Shown here one piece after another: positions 1-14,500 of a stretch of 64,000 nt of DNA. The first letter of the stretch is position 1. Each line of letters begins with the position of its first letter. Position numbers and translations under genes: made by a program. Origin of the DNA: Octopus sinensis (taxonomy: Eukaryota); the NCBI RefSeq assembly GCF_006345805.1, contig NC_043002.1, forward strand, positions 67,580,001 to 67,644,000, written 5' to 3'. A model generated the notes under the pieces. It had not been told where the DNA came from and did not search any database. It was given only the letters and a program-made list of their open reading frames with translations.

Positions 1-84
1 GACCTCAGTCAAATCGTCCAACCCATGCTAGCATGGAAAGCGGACGTTAAACGATGATGATGATGATATATATGTAATATATAA

Positions 85-254
85 GGCGCATAAGTGGATG
101 TGTGGTAAGTAGCTTGCTTACCAACCACATGGTTCCGGGTTCAGTCCCACTGCATGGTACCTTGGGCAAATGTCTTCTACTATAGCCTCGGGCCGACCAA
201 AGCCTTGTGAGTGGATTTGGTAGACGGAAACTGAAAAGAAGCCTGTCGTATATG

Positions 255-326
<72 letters not shown>

Positions 327-570
327 ATATATATTATATATATATATATATGTATGTATGTGTGTGTATATGTGTGTGTCTGTATTTGTCCCACCAACAT
401 CACTTGACAACCGATGCTGGTGTGTTTACGTCCTTGTAACAGTTCGGCAAAAGAGACCGATAGAATAAGTACTAAGTTTACAAAGAATAAGTCCTGGGGT
501 TGATTTGCACGACTATAGGCGGTGCTCCAGCATGGACACAGTCAAATGACTGAAACAAGTAAAAGAGTAA
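85..570 (+). mobile_element. tRNA-derived SINE family A (CORE-like, internal TA/TG microsatellite); possibly an octopus OR-type SINE
   Basis: Head ggcgca..gtggctgtgtggtaagtagcttgct...ggttccgggttcagtccc (A/B-box like) and tail ggcggtgctccagcatggccgcagtc...gactgaaacaagtaaaagag. Other copies: ~15808-16259(-), ~33553-33979(+), ~48743-49162(+). Confidence 0.85.
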
Positions 571-784
571 TACATATGTGTTTGTGTGTGTGTGTACGTG
601 TATGTAATAATATATGTGTGATATATGCATGTGTAATAATATATGTAATACATACATATGTATGTGTGTGTGTGTGTGTAATATGTGAGTTTGGGGGTGA
701 GATATAATATCCAGGTGGATACTGTATTAGTTCTCAGTTAAGTTTCAGTGAAAGGCTAACCACAGCATACATACATACTTACAT

Positions 785-851
<67 letters not shown>

Positions 852-1344
852 TATAGATATATAAAAATGAAAAAAGAAACGTAAAAGATATAGGCTGAGT
901 GTCAATATTTTTATAAAGGTAATTTCATCTGAAAAGTGACATTTTGGATAAAGTTGCATTAAAGGGAGACATGCCTAGTAGTAAGTTGAATATATATATA
1001 TATATAATTCAGAGAAGAATACAGTGTACGTTCAAACACAAAAGAGATACCCGAAGAATAGGATATCTGACTCGCTAGAAAGAGCAGTTAAAACTCCAAG
1101 CCACCAATTGTTGTAATTCCAAAAGTGATTGGAAAATAAAAACCTTTACCAGATATCCTATTCTTCGGGTATCTCTTTTGTGTTTGAACGTACACTGTAT
1201 TCTTCTTTGAATATATATAGTCTATTGACTAATTTTTTCTTTCTCGCTAGACCACTGGTAACTAAGAATTTTTCGATGAATATTCTTGCTACCCTAAGAT
1301 TTTAATATACACACACACACACAACACACACACACACACACACA

Positions 1345-1375
<31 letters not shown>

Positions 1376-1856
1376 CCACACACCACACACACACACACAA
1401 AAGTATAGATATATAAAAATGAAAAAAGAAACGTAAAAGATATAGGCTGAGTGTCAATATTTTTATAAAGGTAATTTCATCTGAAAAGTGACATTTTGGA
1501 TAAAGTTGCATTAAAGGGAGACATGCCTAGTAGTAAGTTGAATATATAATATATATAATTCAGAGAAGAATACAGTGTACGTTCAAACACAAAAGAGATA
1601 CCCGAAGAATAGGATATCTGACTCGCTAGAAAGAGCAGTTAAAACTCCAAGCCACCAATTGTTGTAATTCCAAAAGTGATTGGAAAATAAAAACCTTTAC
1701 CAGATATCCTATTCTTCGGGTATCTCTTTTGTGTTTGAACGTACACTGTATTCTTCTTTGAATAATATATAGTCTATTGACTAATTTTTTCTTTCTCGCT
1801 AGACCACTGGTAACTAAGAATTTTTCGATGAATATTCTTGCTACCCTAAGATTTTA

Positions 1857-1886
<30 letters not shown>
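785..1886. repeat. Direct tandem duplication (period 551 bp), each unit with a perfect 57-bp inverted repeat
   Basis: Near-identical units separated by (CA)n; inverted arms 1013-1069/1150-1206 and 1564-1620/1701-1757, 80-nt spacers. Confidence 0.9.
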
Positions 1887-1899
<13 letters not shown>

Positions 1900-1986
1900 C
1901 ACACACACACATATTTATGTGTGTGTGTATGTATGTGTACATAATACATGCACACACAAATAAATATATATAAAACACATACATAT

Positions 1987-2042
<56 letters not shown>

Positions 2043-2339
2043 TATATATATTGATCAAAATAAAAACATGATGCCAAGGATTCAGCGGTACATATGTTTC
2101 GGGTCTTTATTAGACAGATTTATAACAATGCATAATGTATGTCTGTGGCCTTCTTCAGCCGCGCACAACAGCTTCCAGCCGCGCACAACAGCTTCCAGCC
2201 GCGCACAACAGCTTCCACAAGGTGCTTATAATTATCAAGTACTCACCCCGAATTTCTATATATATATATATATATACAAATGCATATATAGGTAATGTCT
2301 TCAGATCATTTGCAGATACACCCTGAATAAAAGAATTTT

Positions 2340-2640
2340 GGGTCTTGACCTATTCTCTAAATGTAAAATATGTGGTATTGAATCCTTTCTTTTGCAATCC
2401 CAAATAAAATGAATTGGTCATGTTATCAGAATGAATGACAACAGAATTCCCAAAGTCATTATATATAGCTAGCTCCATGATGGAAGGAGAAGCACATGAA
2501 GATTACAGCTAAACTACAAGAAGTGCAAAGCTAAATCAATAAGTTACAAGGATACCCCAAAAAACATTTTTAAAAACAGCAGTGAGTCACAACGAATGGA
2601 GATTAACTTAGTATAAAACCACAAAGAACACTAAATTGAA
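2340..2640 (+). mobile_element. RTE-clade LINE 3' remnant
   Basis: IGHVIRMNDNRIPKVIIYS*LHDGRRS resembles the RTE ORF C-terminus. Confidence 0.7.
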
Positions 2641-2879
2641 CTATCTAGATTATCTTGAAGAACTAAGAACAAAGGCAAAGTATCAAACTAAAGAAGCTAG
2701 CCAGTTTGTATAACAATCCTTTCTTAAGTCCAATCTGTGGACTTGATTGTAAATCATAAACTGGATCAAAAATCTTAAAAGGGACACAAGACATCAGAGC
2801 TAAAACAAAACAGTTGGAATAATAATCGATGGTAGTCAATTGTTGTTGATCAAGATTTCTCTATTTTCTGCTTAATTTA

Positions 2880-2932
<53 letters not shown>

Positions 2933-3024
2933 ATGGGCTTCTTTCAGTTTTTGCTCATCAAATCCACTCATAAGGCTTTGGTTAGCCCCAGAGCAATCGT
3001 AGAAGACACTTTCCCAAGGTGACA

Positions 3025-3375
3025 CATCATCATCATCATCATCATCGTTTAACGTCCGCTTTCCATGCTAGCATGGGTTGGACGGTTCAACTGGGGTCTG
3101 GCAAGCCCGAAGGCTGCACCAGGCCAGTCAGATCTGGCAGTGTTTCTACAGCTGGATGTCCTTCCTAACGCCAACCACTCCGAGAGTGTAGTGGGTGATT
3201 TTATGTGCCACCGACACAGGTGCCAGACGAGGCTGGCAGACGGTCACACTCGGATGGTGTTTTTTTATGTGCCACCGACACAGGTGCCAGGCGAGGCTGG
3301 CAGACGGCCACGCTCGGATGGTGTTTTTTATGTGCCACCGACACAGGTGCCAGACGAGGCTGGCAGACGGCCTCA
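3025..3375 (-). mobile_element. SINE family C ((GAT)n tail) with three ~63-bp internal repeats, nested in a family A head
   Basis: catcatcgtttaacgtccgctttccatgctagcatgggttggacgg...; unit tttatgtgccaccgacacaggtgccagacgaggctggcagacgg. Other copies at 1-67, ~4640-4960, ~4985-5325, ~7410-7570, ~19470-19615, ~55812-56240, ~61380-61600. Confidence 0.8.
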
Positions 3376-3449
3376 CAAAGTGGGACTAAACCTAGAACCA
3401 TGTGGCTGAGAAGCAAAATTTACATGTACACACACACACACACACATAC

Positions 3450-4096
3450 ACATTAAAGGAATTGAAAGTACAATTTCTTACGTAGATTGCCCAGTTTCAT
3501 CATAACTGAGAATCGTCAGAGTGAATCAATAAGAAATTAGAAACATAAAGTATATCCAACAGACTTAGTTTTGTATGTTTGGTATGATAACTTATATAGG
3601 ATGGGGAGAGAGATTAAAATTATTAGTTGGAGAGAGACTGTAATCCAAGAAGAGTGTTTACCAGCATATTTTTTTTAAACAGATTTTTTTTAAAAACTAA
3701 TTTATAAATTGGAGTTACGCAGGGAAAATGATACATACATTCATGTCATATAATATTGGTCATAAGGAGAGGAGCAGTTTACATAAGAAGATAAAAATAA
3801 AAGAAAAAATTGAGAAAAGAGCTAAAAAAACAAACGAGTTAGAAATGGAGTTAAATTTAAATAAATGTAATTTGACATGAAAATTGATCATTTTATGTAA
3901 AATTGTTTCACTGGGTGGAGCCTGATAGAGAGGGGTGGTATAGCTGTTAATATGATGATATACACAGAGATACACTGAAACAGGCAATACGTATATACTT
4001 ACAAAGACATAGAAAGCATATAACTATTACATCAACATGACCATACACACATATATGCATAAAACTATGTATACATACAAAGTGTAAAATGACAAT

Positions 4097-4127
<31 letters not shown>

Positions 4128-4520
4128 CATATATATATAGGTATACATAGTTGGAAATTACAAAAAAGACAAAACAAAAGACGAAGATCGGTGTATAAAC
4201 AACAAACAGATGTATTAGTTTAATGCTCAGGAAGTGAGAAAGTCTTTTACGTTTCGAGCCTACGCTCTTCAATGGAAAGGAACACAGAAATAAGCAGCGA
4301 GAGAAAGTAAAAAAGGTTTTGTGGCTAGTGATCAATCATGGTGAATGCCGGACAGAGGTGGTCAGACAGGAGAGCTAAGAAGAAGGGGAGATAATAAAGT
4401 AGTGGTGATCCCAAAATGAAGGTGCATGTCCATGTGTATGTGAGAGCATGTATGTGCATGTGGATATGGGCTGGTGACTTTGACATGTGCATGTGTAGGT
4501 GTGTGGATGATGGTTTGGGT
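3450..4520 (-). mobile_element. Highly decayed PLE remnant with terminal-repeat segment
   Basis: PPSETILHKMINFHVKLHLFKFN and SYISYHTKHTK...IHSDDS weakly resemble PLE RT/thumb; tail with ttgaagagcgtaggctcgaaacgta at ~4245-4272, related copy at ~50790-50900. Confidence 0.5.
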
Positions 4521-4987
4521 ACTGGGAAGTGGTCAGTGCTAGTGTGTGCAGGGTGGTATGATATGTGGTGTGGTGTGGTATGTATACTTATATATAAACA
4601 TATGTATACCTACACACACACACACACATGTATATCATCATCATATTTTTACATCTGTTGGATGCTTTGAAAGGAGCTGGTCAGCTGGAGAGCAGTCCAA
4701 GCTCCAATTGTCTGTTTTGGCATGGTTCCTATGGCTGGAAGTCCTTCTTAACACTAAACATTTTACAGAGTGTACTGGGTGCTTTATACATGGCACCAGC
4801 ATGGCTAATTTATATGTGGATCCAACACGGCTGCTTTGTACATGGTACCAGCATGGGTGCTTTCTACAGGGCACCAACACAGGTGCTTTTTACATGACAC
4901 TGGTACGGGGGCTTTTTTATGTGGCCCCAAGACAACAATACATATTACATCCAGACAATCTTGCACATATGTGCATGAATTAATATG

Positions 4988-5036
<49 letters not shown>

Positions 5037-5559
5037 GTTTAACGTCTGTTTTCCATGCTGGCATGGGTTGGACGGTTTGACTGAGGTCTAGAGAGCCAGC
5101 AGCTGCACCAGGCTCCAGTCTGATCTGGCAATGTTTCTACAGCTGGATGCCCTTCCTAATGCCAACCACTCCGACAATGTAGTGGGTGCTTTTTACATGC
5201 CACCAACACAGGAGCCAGTCAGGCAGGCCTGGCATCGATCCCATTTGGATAGTGCTTTTTACGTGCCACCAGCACGGGAGCCAGTCAGGGGGTACTGGCA
5301 TCGGCCACGTTTGGATGGTGCTTTATGAACATAATCAAAATAGTTATAAAAACTACGCAAACTATATATATCTCTGATATATAAATGGACATGTATATGC
5401 ATATAAATAGATACACATATATATGCATACATGTATGTGCATTGGAGTAAGATGTGGCCACTTTGAACCATTGGATCTTGTCAAACCATCCATCCTAAGC
5501 TATCTGTGGGTGTACATATGTATATATATATATATATAATACCACACAATACAAATAGA

Positions 5560-6620
5560 CACTCCTTGAAGTCAAGTGTTCTAACCTACCCTAAAGAAAA
5601 CAAAGGATAAAATGGAAAAAAAGTGTAAAAATCTCTGGTCAAATCCTTTCTCAAGAATATCACCATACCATGAAGGAATAAAATCTCCTAATGTTCAGGG
5701 CCAAGGACTTCCTTAAAAGAATGAGATGGAAAGTGCTGTTGTTTGGCTTGCCAAGAAGAACCAGGGCTCGACATCAAAACCTAACTTCATTCTTGATGAC
5801 TGCAGAATATCCTCCCACTAATTTATATGCAATATTTCTAGAAAACTGTTAAGAACAAACTAACATCATTTTTGCATCCTTATGCACATTTGGACAAAAT
5901 AAAAAAAAAAAATTCTATGAACCAAACCCAGTCACACACCTAAAAGCAACTTGCAAAATTCCATTCCTGACACCTACAACAAAACTTCATTCACCACACT
6001 CATTGATATCAACAAAGAAACTACACAAATTGCAAAAATACTTTAAAACAAAAAATAAAAACTCCTTTGCACTAAAAAAATAGAAAGAAAAAACTATTAT
6101 TCTAACAAACCAGAAACACAATTTCCACCATTACCCCACCCCAACTAGATTAATGAATGAATTCTACAAAGCTCATACCAGATAAATAGGAAAAAAAAAA
6201 CTCAGATAATGTAATTCCCACAGTGAATACATACTTGCATTTAATGGAACAACAATTTATTAAATGCTTAAAATCATAAAACACAAAGCACAAAAATGCA
6301 TACGTTTTACACAATTTAACATTATTAATGAATATACCTCTATCCTGAAGGCACTCCTCTATACCAATAATTTTTTCTCCAATATCCATGTCAGATTAAA
6401 ATGTGTGTGTGTGTGTGTATGTAATTCTACATGCCAAAAAAACTTTACTTCCTTACAAATAAATTATTTAAATAAAAGAAATTCAAGTTCACACTTTGAC
6501 ATCAAGCAGGGGTGTTTTTGATTCAGCTGAAGTGAGTGATTTAGTTGGATTATTTCTCTGAAATATAAATACACAGCAAATTTACTGGCTCTCTGCTGAG
6601 ATCCATTTTGTCTTTCATTT
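5560..6620 (+). mobile_element. Decayed Penelope-like reverse transcriptase remnant
   Basis: Broken-frame translations KAQKCIRFTQFNIINEYTSI and HFDIKQGCF/DSAEVSDLVGLFL resemble PLE RT motifs (FDIxxFYPSI; FDVTMGSxDGAEVCELVGLF). Confidence 0.75.
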
Positions 6621-7957
6621 ATTTGGTGTCAATATATAAACTGCTAGTCAGGATGGCGGTTAGGCGTAATGTATGGCAGAATGTAATGGATGCTTTGTGA
6701 TATTTGTTTCAGCTCTGTGCATTTTGAGTTCAAATCTAGCCTCCTCTCACTAGAAAATAAAAATGGGTCCTTTAAGATCCAGGAAAACCATTGATAGTCT
6801 AGGGAAATCCTCAACCAAGTGTTTAAGTATTTTAGTTTGCTCCTCAACATGCCAGCTTGCAAGACAGAAAGCAAAAGGACTTCCAAGTACTATTCACTCA
6901 ATGGTGTAAACTATTCTGAGATCAGGGAACTGAGAACAAATTAAAGTACAAGGAAAACAAAAGTATTAAATAGAGAAAAAGATGTTTTTCAAACAATATT
7001 CAAATAAAAGATGTTTTTCAAACAATAATATGTGTTAAATTACATATATTTAAGAAAGTGTCTCTTCAATAAAACTGTTCAAAATTTCAAAGATGACTTC
7101 AAGGGGGCCACAGAAGTGAGTGTATGATCATGGGGTTCTCATTCATATTATACATCATGTTCACAATGGTGGCCTTCGTTTAGTTTTTGGAATCATGATG
7201 GGGGTGGGGGTGTCAAAGGTTGGTTCTCCTCTCTATGTAGCCCCTGACAGTAATCTACAAGGTTTGTATTAGGAAAGTAAAGAGGTCACATGCTGAAAGT
7301 CACATGATCACAAAAATTCTTAATCAGCCACACCTGGATCTGTTAGTAAGCTGATACACAGAGATAGACTGAAATTCATACACATACACAAATGTACACA
7401 CAAATAAATAATATAAGCAGTGGTCGGTGTTAGGAAGGGCATCCTGCTGTAAAACTCCTGCCAAAACAGACACAGTAGCCTGGAGTAGTTTCCTACCTGG
7501 CCGGCTCCTGTCAACCATCCTACCCATCAAGCATGGAAGACAGATGTTAAACGATGATGATGATGATGATATATCTGTGCGTGTGTATGTATGTATGTAT
7601 ACACACATACAAACTCATGGACACACATACACACAATGTAAACTGAGATAAAATTTAATATATGCACATACACACACACACACATGCATGCACGTACATG
7701 CAGACACACAAATAAATATTACAACCCAGATAATTTTACCGAAATGTAATGTGGGAGGAAGTGGAATCCTGCTCTTAACACATAGGATCTCATTTGGAAC
7801 AGTCACCTCAGGTACTTTTGCGAGAGCCAGACAAGGTCCATCTGGGTCCCAGTCAAATTTCTTCTCATTTGAGGGGAACAAGAGCAGGATGAGTTTCACT
7901 GGCCTAACCGGAGGCTTGTGAGTGAATTTGGAAGACAGAAACCAAAACGAAGCCCTT

Positions 7958-8083
<126 letters not shown>

Positions 8084-9984
8084 CGCGTGCGCATATGCCT
8101 GTGCATTTGTTTATATCTGCATTTGCTTAGACAGAAATAACGGACAGAGTCAAGACTATTGGAAAGGTTGCAAGACACAATGAAAATTTTTGGAAAATAA
8201 AAAGACGAAATAAGTGGAAATTTTACCAGTGAGTGTCTTAAATAATAAGGTACTAAAAGAGAATGACTCTCCCCAGACACAACAGAATATGCTTCAACGC
8301 ACGAACTCATATAAAGAATCTTGCAAACCAAATCCAAAAAAGAAATGAAGATGTTTAAGCAATATTGTAAATCATTCAGTCACTTTGTTTCTTCTAAGCC
8401 ATGTCAAATAAGAGACACATTACTTGAAAAACATAAGATGAAAGCATCCAGCTGTAAAACAATACTTGAATAACATATTTATCTAACCTATGCTAGCATG
8501 GAAAACATATGTAAAAACAAAGGAGCATGCATGCACGCACACACTGCAGCAATTTTTAAATTCTTAAGATGTCAGAATTTAGTCATATTTCTTGATCTAT
8601 TAACACTTCCTAGAAAATTATTTGTGAGAATTTTTTGAATATCAATGAACCTGACCTAACTTAATATTGTAAATTTGTAGATCTTGTCCCATACTTTGTG
8701 AGACATGTTGACACCCTCATGTTTTTCGTGATAACTAAACTGAGAAACACTATACTGCAAAAAGCTGAATAAATTTAATCCCAAGAGGGAGAGGACAAGT
8801 GTGACATTTTCTTCAGAATCCTTCCTCAGACAGATAAAATGTCTCCACTAGAGAGTTTTGCCTAAAACATTAGACTTCTCGTCATCCTCCTGGCACTAAA
8901 AATTAATTCCACTGTTTCAACTATTCGCATTACTTAACACAGATTCAAATTATCACTACTTTTTTTTTTTTTTACCATTTAAAAAAGTAAAACATTTGTA
9001 AAGCTTCAACTCTAAAAATGTCTGAAAATAGACATTTTTGTTTGTGTAATAATGTGTGCATATTTGCATGTATATAATTATACCGTTATTTACTTGTTAT
9101 GAGTCATTGAACTGTGGCCATGCTGGAGCACTGACTTGAAGTGTTTAGTTAAGAAAATCGACCCCAGTGCTGTAAGTCTGGTACTTATTCTATCAGTCCC
9201 TTTTGCCAAATTGCTAAGTTACAGGGACATAAACAAACCAACAACAGTTGTCAAATGGAATGGTAGTGACAAACACAAAGACACACATGCACACACAAAG
9301 CACCCAGCATACCTGTAAAGTGGTTGGCACTTGCAAAAACAGACAATTGGAGCCTGGACAGTTCCCTGGCTGACCAGCTCCTATCAAACCGTCCAACCCA
9401 TACTAGCATAAAAGACAGGCATAAAATGATGATGAGGATGATCATGATGATCATGATGGTGATTATGTGTGTGTGTGTTTGTGAAGGGTTACTTTCAGTT
9501 TCTGCCAACCAAATCCTTTCACAAGACTTTCGTCGACCTGGGGCTATGATAGAAGACACCTACCCAAGGTGCTACACAGTGGGTCTGAACCTAGAACAAT
9601 GTGGTTTGGATGCAAACTTCTCCACCACAAGCTACGCCTACACCTATTCTGTATGCAACTTTTACCCAGGGAGAGAATATTTGCTTTGTTTAAATCTGTT
9701 TTTATTAGTTATTGTTATTTACATAAATAGCATGTGGTTTGGATTTGTACCAGGAAATAGAATCACAGATACTATAGAGATAGTGAGGGAAAACTGAAGA
9801 TGTATTTTGGCAAGGATTAAATGTGCTTACTTAGTAGACAGCATAAGCAAGAGAATTAGCACAGTTACTTTACATGAGAATAGATAGATAAATAGTAAAC
9901 ATAGGGTTAACAACACACCAATCTGACACAGTAATTTCATATATATTTCTTTACTATAGAGATATATATTTCTTTAACCTACAC

Positions 9985-10246
9985 AAGTGGTTCTCAGCCA
10001 AGGTTCATATGAGCTTTGTGGGGTCATATAAGATTTTGTTGTTAAAATTTAGGTGCTATAAATTCTACAATACGCAAAACCTTTTAACATTTTGTTTTTA
10101 TGCAACTCCTAATAATATTTAATTATTAAAATTTAATTATTAAAATATAACACAATTTTTTAAACATGGAATATTATGATTGTCCACTTCATTAAAATAG
10201 GAATCAAAGGGATCCATAGGTAAAAAAAATTGGCTGACAACCACTG
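9985..10246. mobile_element. hAT MITE
   Basis: TIRs (c/a)agtggttctca / tgacaaccactg; 8-bp TSD acctacac/acctagac. Confidence 0.7.
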
Positions 10247-11735
10247 ACCTAGACCTAGACCCCTTGTGCTATACACAGTAATAAAGTGGTTGAAAGTGCC
10301 TGATGGTCTACAGGACTTGCTAAGTGGCTATTTTGAGTATATATTAAAAACACTTAGTGACTAAACATTTCTGCCTTCCACTCTGAAAATCAACATTATA
10401 TGCTTTATAAATTATTATATTCCTAATTAATTCCCTTTTATTTCAGCAACTTAAATATATCATGTTAAGTCTACCTTGGTTCTGGTTACTACTTGTCTCA
10501 TCATGAATTCATGACACTAGTTTTTTTTTTTTATTTTTATTTTTTAATGTTATCTGTGTTAATTTTTCAATTCCCTGGTTATGTCCAAATAAAGTAGACG
10601 TGACACATATACAGCAATTATAGCCTAACATTAAACTACTTTTGCAGCACAGATGCTCTTACTTATATAACAAAATTCATATGATATATTCACAGAATTA
10701 TAACTTGTTCATCTCAAGTATCTCTTTTCACATTTTCAAGTTTCATTAAGTCTGACTTAGGCATCATGTGGGGTTTTTTTTTTTACTTTTTTTTTTGTAG
10801 AGGGTGAGAGAAGGATAAAGGGGATTATTAGCATTTAAAAAAAAATAAATAAAACCAGTTTAGTAAAACTTCTAGTTAATTAGAACAATCTTTCAACAGT
10901 ACATAGTAATTTGCTACATTTCCCAAGCACGGGAGTAACTATCAGTTAGTTGTAAGTGTTGCTCATATCATTAGAAGTATTGGCGAGAATTGTTGTACAT
11001 AAGCATCAGTAGAGATGACTGTCTGACCTGCTTAGGACTAAACATGGTAACGCTTCCCACTCATGTTTTGTTTAGTATTTTTTTTTTTTTTTTTTGTAAT
11101 CAGTTTTAATAATACATAACATTCCACTTGTGTAAGCTAAAATTTAACTAAAAATATACTTCATATATTGTTTAGAAACAAAAATAGAGGAGTACCCAGC
11201 CTGTGTAGAATGTAGTCGTTAAGTTTCTTGATAGCAAGCAAACATTTGGCAAACTAGTGTTCCAATAAGCAACAGATGTACTATTTTCATTAACGTGGAT
11301 AGCAGTAAGACGTGTGCAACAAAAATTATAAGGAAGTGAAAGATGAACAAAACAGACTGAAGAAAAAAATAAGATAAGATTAGCCCCAACTACTGGATTT
11401 ATTTTATGAATTAATAACGGATTAGTTGATCTCAGAGGAACCAAGGATAAAGGTTGGAGTTTAGAGTTAGACACGCTACTAAAACATGGCATGGCTACAT
11501 TGAGTTGTTTTTTAGCCTCAGGTCAGCCTTCAATGAACAAAGACATTCCAACAATAATCAAAGGCAGTCCAATCATGATCAAAGGCATTCCAATCATGAC
11601 CATCCAGTATTTTTTCCTCAAACATTGCATATTTAGCACTACACTATCCAATGTGACTTTTCATTTTTCAGGACAACAAGGCATAATTTGAGAGAGATTT
11701 GTCTACTGTTTCCAGCAGATCAAGTGACTCTAGAG

Positions 11736-12066
11736 CATGCCTGGCCAATTCGAATTACACTGCGAGCCACTTTAATCACAGAAAGATTTCCAAAGGCCAC
11801 TTGTATACTGACAGAATTGAAAGCACTTTGCATTCTCGTGCTATTATTACAATAATGAATGAATTCCCGTTGATTCAACATGAAATATTATTGTTGCAAA
11901 AACAGTAGTATCTTCCCTTTTTATTTTTCATTACAATCTTTAATTTTTGATAAAATTTTTTAAATGTTTGTTTAAATAAACCCATTTCAAGAAAGTATCA
12001 AGCAGGCTGCAAGATAAAAGTCTGCGGACCACATGTGGCCCGCAGACCTCAGGTTGGCAGTCCCAG
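11736..12066. mobile_element. hAT (Charlie-like) MITE
   Basis: Ends catgcctggccaa / ttggcagtcccag; TSD ctctagag/ttatagag resembles the NTCTAGAN preference. Confidence 0.65.
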
Positions 12067-12284
12067 TTATAGAGGCTCCACTTTCACTTGTAGAATAGAT
12101 ATTTTGAGTATGTTGAAAGAGAGCAGAGTAAGATATATTTTAGTTACTAAACAACAATAAAATTGATGTCCTCAACCAAAGCCTGTAGCACAGAGTAACT
12201 TGTGATAGTGCTAAGGGTCCATGTTGTGGTTTTGGAAGAGACTAAGCCAAGTCAAAATACAACTGAGTCAAAGTAATGAATAAA

Positions 12285-12515
12285 CCCTTTAGGATTTAAT
12301 CCAGCCATATCTGGCCTAAATATTTTACCTGATTTATGTTCAAACTGACCAGATGTGGCCTCTTAGACCTACCCTACAATGTCATTCTCAAAATAAGCAA
12401 TCACATCATTGAAATCTTGGAAGTACAGGACAATACATGATTAATTCAAAACAATGTGAATAAATAAGCATTGCATTTGATCATTACATTTGATAGTAAT
12501 CAGAAAGCTAAATGG
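12285..12515. mobile_element. piggyBac-type MITE (uninterrupted relative of 14918-15553)
   Basis: taaa|cccttttag...gctaaatgg|ttaa; internal similarity to 14918-15553. Confidence 0.7.
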
Positions 12516-14448
12516 TTAAACAAAACACACACACACACACAGAATATAGATGTGTGAATACAGCAGGGGTTATTGTAAGCTCAATGAAGACTAAGTTTTT
12601 GATGCAGGTTCAAGTAGTTTGTGGAGAAACATTTCACTTATTTCTTGTCATAGTCCAGTCAAGAAAGGGGCGATTTCTGCTATGGTTGTCGATGTTGTTG
12701 CTTAGATGCAGGAAAGCCATACATGAGCAGACCTACTTACTTAATTAGCCAAATTGATTCCCAAGGTCTTGGCCAGCCAAGTGTTTTAGGAGAAGACACT
12801 TGCTCCAGAGTGTCATGCAGTGATATTGAACCTGGAACCATGTAGCTGTAAAGCAAACTTCTCAAGCACACAGCCACACTTACAGTTTTAACTTCATGCT
12901 GGAAAATTTTGATTAAATTATGCATATTCTAAATTTGTATCAGAGAATTTAGGTGGGTTGGTGTCAAGAGAGTGAGAGAGAGAGAGGGGGAGAAAGAGAG
13001 GCAATGGAAGAGATAGATGGATAGATGAATAGATAGAGAGAGTGAAGGAGAAAGAGAGAGGGAGAGAGACAGAGACAGGGACAGAAGCAGACAGACTGAT
13101 TAGGGGAAGAATTTGTACCCAAAACGTTCTCAATTAACTTGTGCTGCTGAGAGAGAGAGAGAGAATGAGAAAAAGAGTGAGAGTGCTTGTGTGTGTGTAC
13201 ATGTTGGATGTCAAGACAACATTTACTAATATTTCAAATATAACAATTTGTTCTTCCACCCCATCCAATTGGTATTGTCTGTAGTCACCATTGTCTCTAT
13301 GTGGCCACTACCATAATCCACCAAGTGACTGGCCTCCTGATTGAACAATTAATTCAATAATTTCTGAATGCATTGACCATCCATCATTCTTATTCTTTTA
13401 CAAACAAGGTTTGTGGAAGGTCCAGTTCAATGGTCAGGGTTCTGTGAATAAACAGCATCTCAATACCATTAATGGTGGAGTGGGGGTTACTGTTACAGAA
13501 GTAAGGTAATTGGTTATTATCATTCACAGAAGAATTAACTGGTGGAGAGGAATTAACTGGTGGAAGTTCATAAATCTAACCAAATTGTACCATAATGAAA
13601 AAAAGATATCATCATCATCATCATCATCATCACCATCACCATCACTAACACCACATCATCATCATCATCACCATCACCACTATCATCACTAGCACCAAAT
13701 CATCATCAACTCCACTACCACCACAGCTATTATTATCCTTGTACAGGGCAAGTTTACAAATCAAACCAAATAGTACTGATAATGGACAAAAAAAACTAGT
13801 CATCAGTACCACCACCAGCACCACCACTACTACAGCTATTTTCATCTTTGTATAGGGCAAGTACACAAATCAAACCAAATTGTACAAAAATGATTAAAAA
13901 AGAAAGCTGCCACCATCACCACCACCACCACCACCACCACCATCACTACCACCAACACTGTTTTTCACATTCATGTCCAATAAAATAAAACCTTATTCGT
14001 AGAAGACACTTCACCTCTGCACTAAATATAGTAGCAAGCATTGGTCAATGTATAAGACAACCAAGCACAAAGACAGACACAGACAGACACAGGTTTAAAA
14101 ATGTGGTGCAAACATTTCTCTTAGGCAAGAAGACACATTATTCTAACTGCTTCAGTTAACCACACTCTTTACAAGGAACTCACAGCAATAATTATTAATA
14201 AGCATGTCAAGGAATTGCCTCAGATGCATTGTATTAGATTCACACAATTTATTTCTCTGAGAGTCATTAGGTTCCCAACAAAGAATAAAAGAATACAGAA
14301 GAATTAAAGCTGCAGTTTACAATTGGCTGTTTTATGAAAGTAAACTAGAAAAAAAAAGAAAAACTGAAATATTTATAAAAGTTACAGAACAAGTCAATGA
14401 GTCATTTTCCCTGGTGTATAATTTTGGAATGTAAATACACCAATAATG

Positions 14449-14500
<52 letters not shown>

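Noticed and set aside
85-160. tRNA-like sequences at SINE heads (also ~38900-38987)
   Set aside because: They continue into SINE bodies and tails; not standalone tRNA genes.
11490-11690. Apparent exon with a 21-bp triple repeat and nearby AG/GT sites
   Set aside because: It matches a dispersed repeat family (tttagc...atgatcaaaggcattcca...) also seen at ~46230-46340; no EFHD similarity.
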